IMG/VR virus record: IMGVR_UViG_3300029288_004137
Span: 128,001-192,000 of that record
Reading direction: 5' to 3' (one strand)
Source: a virus
Taxonomy: Duplodnaviria > Caudoviricetes
Length of the DNA: 64,000 bases
A program made the position numbers and the translations under genes. How positions within the stretch are numbered: position 1 is the first letter of the stretch; every line of letters begins with the position of its first letter. The notes beneath the pieces were generated by a model. That model saw only the letters and a program-made list of their open reading frames with translations, was not told where the DNA came from and searched no databases. Below, piece by piece: positions 59,750-64,000 of the stretch.

Positions 59750-62700
59750 TCAACTTAAAAAATATCCATCAGATCCACAAGGTTTAGATAAATCTTTATC
59801 TAAAGCATCAATAACTTTCATATTTCTCCAAGGCATAGCGTTATACGGAGAATATTCTAAATAATTTAAATCCAAACTTCTTTCGGGAATTGTATATATA
59901 TCGCCTGGAGCTGAAAATCTATTGAAAATTATGGATCTTTTATTTGGCATATACTCAGGATTAACAGATTGTAAATATGATTTTAAAGACACACAAGTCC
60001 CCGTTAATGAAGATAAATTTGTATGTATTATATCAAAATATATTGAAGAAAACGCATTCAATACATTTTCTGTTGATATCCCATATATATCACATACTGC
60101 ATTTGTTATATCTTTAAACCAAAGATTATGTTCTTTTACACCACAAGTTTGCAAAATTTCATAATTATTTTCATAATTTCCAACAAAAGAAGAAGTTGTT
60201 GTTAAAATATTTTCAATATTCACAAATCTTTTTATCATGTCTCCTCGATAATATCGATCTGCTGGTCTGTGAATATTGTCATCACTAACATCTTGTATGA
60301 TATAATCATTTCCAGATTTATAATAATGAAACATTTCTTCTCTTGATAATGCATCATCTGTACCAACATTTACATGAAGATGTTTGTGTCTGAATCCACC
60401 AACATGTTGATTTGTAAAAGTTCCTTGAAGAGGAATTTCATTATCAACATAACTATCATTTGTTTCAAGAATAATATAATCTGGATCTTGAGTTTTGTCA
60501 GTAGATCCATTATTGTAAAGAAAAGTCAATGGGAACATAAAATCATGTTTCAAAGTATCCTCATAAGAATCACCAGATAATACAGTATTATTATCTTCTC
60601 CGGTTAATTTTATTGTTCCTTTAAGACTTTCTCTTTCATTTAAATCATCACAATAAGCTTCTTTAGAAAAATCAAGATTTGTTTGATATTTGTTATTTCT
60701 AACACCACCAACACATAAATTTCTGATAAAATTAGATTTTTTATTTAAATAAGTTGGATTCTTACCACCATGAAGAATTTTTGAAACTTCAGTTTTTAAA
60801 TCATAAATTTTTGACAATCTTCTTGTAGCATATGTTGAACCTGCTACATTCCTTGTTATGATTGTACGATAATCATCTCTAACTGTTCCATCTTCACTTC
60901 TTTCTTTCCACCAAAAACAATTATCTGTTTCCAATCCACTCACAGGAGCATGACCAGTTTTCCAATTATATAATAATTCTGCTATACCTCTTATATTGTT
61001 TTGAATAATACCACTTTTAAACTCTATTGTTGGAAATTTATTCCAATACTTATTTCTCTCTAAAACATGACTTTCAACAATATTTTTTATTCCATCTGCA
61101 AAATCAGAAGAAGCAGGAATTAACTGTTGAAGCATTATATCTAATGAAGTATCTATCCATTTATAAAATTCAACAAATTTTTCAAAACTTGGAATATTCT
61201 TAATTCTCTTTTTGAAAAAAACTCTTCTTAAAAATTCTAAATCTTTATAATTCATTCTATATCTATTCACAGGACTACCAACAATATTATCAAATTCGGA
61301 TAATGTCGCAAACATATTCAACATTTCTTCAGAAATATTCTGATACATATTCTTTTCAAACATATAGAAATAACTTATTGGTTGAGCATCTCTCTTAAAA
61401 TAATAATCATCCTTTTCAAGTATTTTAACAGAATTTGATTTAAAAACAGTATCAGGAACTTCTTGTTTTGCAGTATGTATATACTCTATATTTACAACCT
61501 GATCATCATCTTCAGGAAAGAATTCACCATATCCAGGAACACTCCATTGATAATTAAATGCAGATTGATTTATTGGTGTCGTCTGATCTAAATTAATTGT
61601 TCCAGACGACACATCTAATACATCAAATACCCCCAAACTATCAGAAGTTGTAATAGTCTGAAAATCCCAAAATAATGCTAAACTTTCTTCTTCTGGGAGA
61701 AACTGCTTTCCTGTTGTTATTCTATTAAAATATGGAAAACGAGTTGGATATTTTACACCATAATTATAAGGATCTCTTGAATGAGCTTTCATTGTATCTA
61801 AAGATAAATCACTTTTATAAATTCTTAAAGAACCTACTTTTACATCACTATAAACTAATGCTGTTCCAGTAACATTAGTTCTACATGCTCCAATGTATGG
61901 TATAAAAGGAATAGAATCAAATGAACCTGTTATTGACTTATCCAAAGAAGATGATACCTCAAAACTATTTATCGTCTCATCTCCCAACGTATTAACACCA
62001 CAAAAAACAATCTTATAGTTTGGTTCTGAAGATGCTCTATCATATAATTCTGGGGTTTCTCTTAACAACTTCGCTGATAAGATCCACCTTTCATTATCAT
62101 ATAAGTTATGATAATAAGAACTTGTTAAATTAAATCCATAACCACCAAAATCAGAAGATGTCAAAATAAATTGAGCACTGCTTCCTTCTTCTTCTTCACG
62201 AACTGTATAAATATTCCATTTATTTTCTTCTACAGCAAAAGTTCCACTCTTAAAAAAAATACCACCAATCGACGATGTTATAGAAGTGTAATTCCTAAAT
62301 AAAGTTGAAGTTATATTAAATTTCTTAGGAAATATAACATCTACTTCATAAACTAAATCATCATATTTACTTGCTAAACAATATCCAAATGTTCCAGAAC
62401 TATAAACCACTCCTTCTTTTCTATCTATATCATTAAAATCAATATATTTTTTTCTTCTTGACGTATATGAATATTTATCTTCAAATGTGAATACATTATC
62501 ATTTGAATAAACATTCAATTTTATTAATTCATCATCTATACCAAAACAACGAATTAAGTTCCTAAATGAATCTTCTGTACCTTTCTTCTTATAAATATTT
62601 GAAAGATTATTATATATGTTTTGATATATATAATTTTTAACATTACTTATGTTTTCTTGAAGAGAATTATTATCTCTGATAACAGAAAGTTCTTCAGTTA

Positions 62701-64000
62701 ATTTTCCATCAATGAACATTTCTGGAGCTACCATCCCTAAATCTTCTACAAGTTTCTTAGAATACGGAAATGGTTTTTCATAGTCTTGAATATAATTCAA
62801 ATCTTTTATTTTTTGAACATGTCCTATTTGCAGATGCAGTGAATCAAAATAATTTGAAATTACTTGCATCAATTCTAATATAGTTTTTCTGTCTTTGTCT
62901 TGATCCTCTTCTAAAATCCATGCTGGCAATAAATGATACATACTCGATATATTGTTTATGTCATATTCTTTTCCTTCTGCTTCTTTTTCTGCAAGAAGAT
63001 CAACAACATCAGAATGATTTGAATACATGATCGGATCTTCTTCCTCATCAACATCAAAATAACCAGAATCGTTTATAGAAGACCCTGTAGATCTTCCTGC
63101 TGATAAATAACCATACCAAAATCCATCAGATATCCTTCCAGAATAATCTAAAACTTTACAATCATAAGAACTACTACCTAAAACTCCTTCATTAAATTTA
63201 TAATAAACACCTAGTTCAGTATTAGCGTCATCCGTGTTTGATCCACCATTAACGTTTCTAAACCAATTTTTTCCTATTTGATCTCCAGTCCTTAAAGATT
63301 TCCAGTATCTAAACTCATCAATTGAAGCTGATAATTTACACCATCCTCTAGCAGATGATCTGGGCATCTCTTCTTCTACAATTTGACCTACTGTAGATCC
63401 TATTGTAGCAATCATAGCACCACTAACTGTTCCCGATGGAATGCCAGTTGTTATTGTTTCTCTTCCTTTATATTCTCCATCATAATATACATCTATATAA
63501 AAATTTGCTTCATTTACTATTGAAGAAAAAGCATAATGGTGCCATTCATTATCATAAATTTCACTCTTTTTAATTAAAATATTAGATCCAGATCCTAAAG
63601 ATGTAAAAAACATATCAGAACCAGAAACAGCATTAACCATAAATGTAGGCACTTCATCTTCATCAGGAACACCCCATGGCACTATATTAAATTCTGAAAC
63701 CAAAGCAATTGAATACCTTCCATAAGCAGAAGAATCAATTGTCTCGTTGTTATATAAATCAAATATATATTCAATCATTGAAGATCCAGAACCAAGAGAA
63801 ACTATTGGTTTTTTCATCCAAAACTCTACTGTATTACCATCTTCAAACGATAAATAAAGATTTGAAAGTCTATTGTATTCTGCATCATATATATTTGATT
63901 TGTCAAAAGAATAAGAATTATTTAAACTTCCTGTATTTGGTCCACCTTTTATAAGAATATACTCTTTAGTTGAGGGTTCTCCAAAAAATCCACCAACTAT
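59750..64000 (-). CDS. large LamG/ConA-domain baseplate wedge-like protein (5' end beyond the window)
   Basis: Frame is open from 63817 to the window end (…GNTVEFWMKK); LamG motifs WHHYAF, IDEFRYW, YYKFNEG; IYKKKGTE.S...LIRCFGI wedge-like motif. Confidence 0.65.
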   Translation of the reverse strand: MVGGFFGEPSTKEYILIKGGPNTGSLNNSYSFDKSNIYDAEYNRLSNLYLSFEDGNTVEFWMKKPIVSLGSGSSMIEYIFDLYNNETIDSSAYGRYSIALVSEFNIVPWGVPDEDEVPTFMVNAVSGSDMFFTSLGSGSNILIKKSEIYDNEWHHYAFSSIVNEANFYIDVYYDGEYKGRETITTGIPSGTVSGAMIATIGSTVGQIVEEEMPRSSARGWCKLSASIDEFRYWKSLRTGDQIGKNWFRNVNGGSNTDDANTELGVYYKFNEGVLGSSSYDCKVLDYSGRISDGFWYGYLSAGRSTGSSINDSGYFDVDEEEDPIMYSNHSDVVDLLAEKEAEGKEYDINNISSMYHLLPAWILEEDQDKDRKTILELMQVISNYFDSLHLQIGHVQKIKDLNYIQDYEKPFPYSKKLVEDLGMVAPEMFIDGKLTEELSVIRDNNSLQENISNVKNYIYQNIYNNLSNIYKKKGTEDSFRNLIRCFGIDDELIKLNVYSNDNVFTFEDKYSYTSRRKKYIDFNDIDRKEGVVYSSGTFGYCLASKYDDLVYEVDVIFPKKFNITSTLFRNYTSITSSIGGIFFKSGTFAVEENKWNIYTVREEEEGSSAQFILTSSDFGGYGFNLTSSYYHNLYDNERWILSAKLLRETPELYDRASSEPNYKIVFCGVNTLGDETINSFEVSSSLDKSITGSFDSIPFIPYIGACRTNVTGTALVYSDVKVGSLRIYKSDLSLDTMKAHSRDPYNYGVKYPTRFPYFNRITTGKQFLPEEESLALFWDFQTITTSDSLGVFDVLDVSSGTINLDQTTPINQSAFNYQWSVPGYGEFFPEDDDQVVNIEYIHTAKQEVPDTVFKSNSVKILEKDDYYFKRDAQPISYFYMFEKNMYQNISEEMLNMFATLSEFDNIVGSPVNRYRMNYKDLEFLRRVFFKKRIKNIPSFEKFVEFYKWIDTSLDIMLQQLIPASSDFADGIKNIVESHVLERNKYWNKFPTIEFKSGIIQNNIRGIAELLYNWKTGHAPVSGLETDNCFWWKERSEDGTVRDDYRTIITRNVAGSTYATRRLSKIYDLKTEVSKILHGGKNPTYLNKKSNFIRNLCVGGVRNNKYQTNLDFSKEAYCDDLNERESLKGTIKLTGEDNNTVLSGDSYEDTLKHDFMFPLTFLYNNGSTDKTQDPDYIILETNDSYVDNEIPLQGTFTNQHVGGFRHKHLHVNVGTDDALSREEMFHYYKSGNDYIIQDVSDDNIHRPADRYYRGDMIKRFVNIENILTTTSSFVGNYENNYEILQTCGVKEHNLWFKDITNAVCDIYGISTENVLNAFSSIYFDIIHTNLSSLTGTCVSLKSYLQSVNPEYMPNKRSIIFNRFSAPGDIYTIPERSLDLNYLEYSPYNAMPWRNMKVIDALDKDLSKPCGSDGYFLS

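Noticed and set aside
698-63954. Plus-strand ORFs and short nested minus-strand ORFs in the track
   Set aside because: They are shadows of longer motif-bearing minus-strand genes, with Phe/Ser/Leu/Ile-biased composition and no recognisable motifs.
1-64000. Stop-codon reassignment as in some large phages
   Set aside because: Core genes are full length in the standard code, and TAA, TAG and TGA all terminate genes.
1-64000. tRNA or other structured RNA genes
   Set aside because: Intergenic gaps are short and AT-rich, and no cloverleaf was seen by eye. A tRNAscan or Infernal run would be needed to exclude them formally.

Overview
AT-rich segment of a large T4-related (myovirus-type) bacteriophage genome. 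All credible genes lie on the minus strand and read in the standard code. Left to right it holds a replication block (gp32-like SSB, divergent tubulin/FtsZ-like protein, short family A DNA polymerase); a contractile tail module (hub, wedge, tape measure, chaperone, tube, sheath); neck genes; a free-standing homing endonuclease; the head module (major capsid, scaffold, bS21, prohead protease, intein-containing portal, large terminase); a holin/spanin-like trio; an SbcD-SbcC fusion, primase and RuvC-like resolvase; and large baseplate-like genes. The most unusual signal is a set of accessory genes wedged between core head and neck genes. They are built as polyproteins in which unrelated domains (30-aa ankyrin repeats, HD phosphohydrolase, HExxH zincin, unknown domains) are separated or ended by one conserved linker, [LIF][DEN]L[DN]E[VI][WMR][RK]RIK(LLKE). 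Four linker copies share a 36-bp identical DNA repeat, and terminal copies also supply the RBS and start codon of the next gene. I infer a protease-processed, capsid-loaded, shuffleable cargo-cassette system. All assignments come from motif recognition by eye; no database searches were run.
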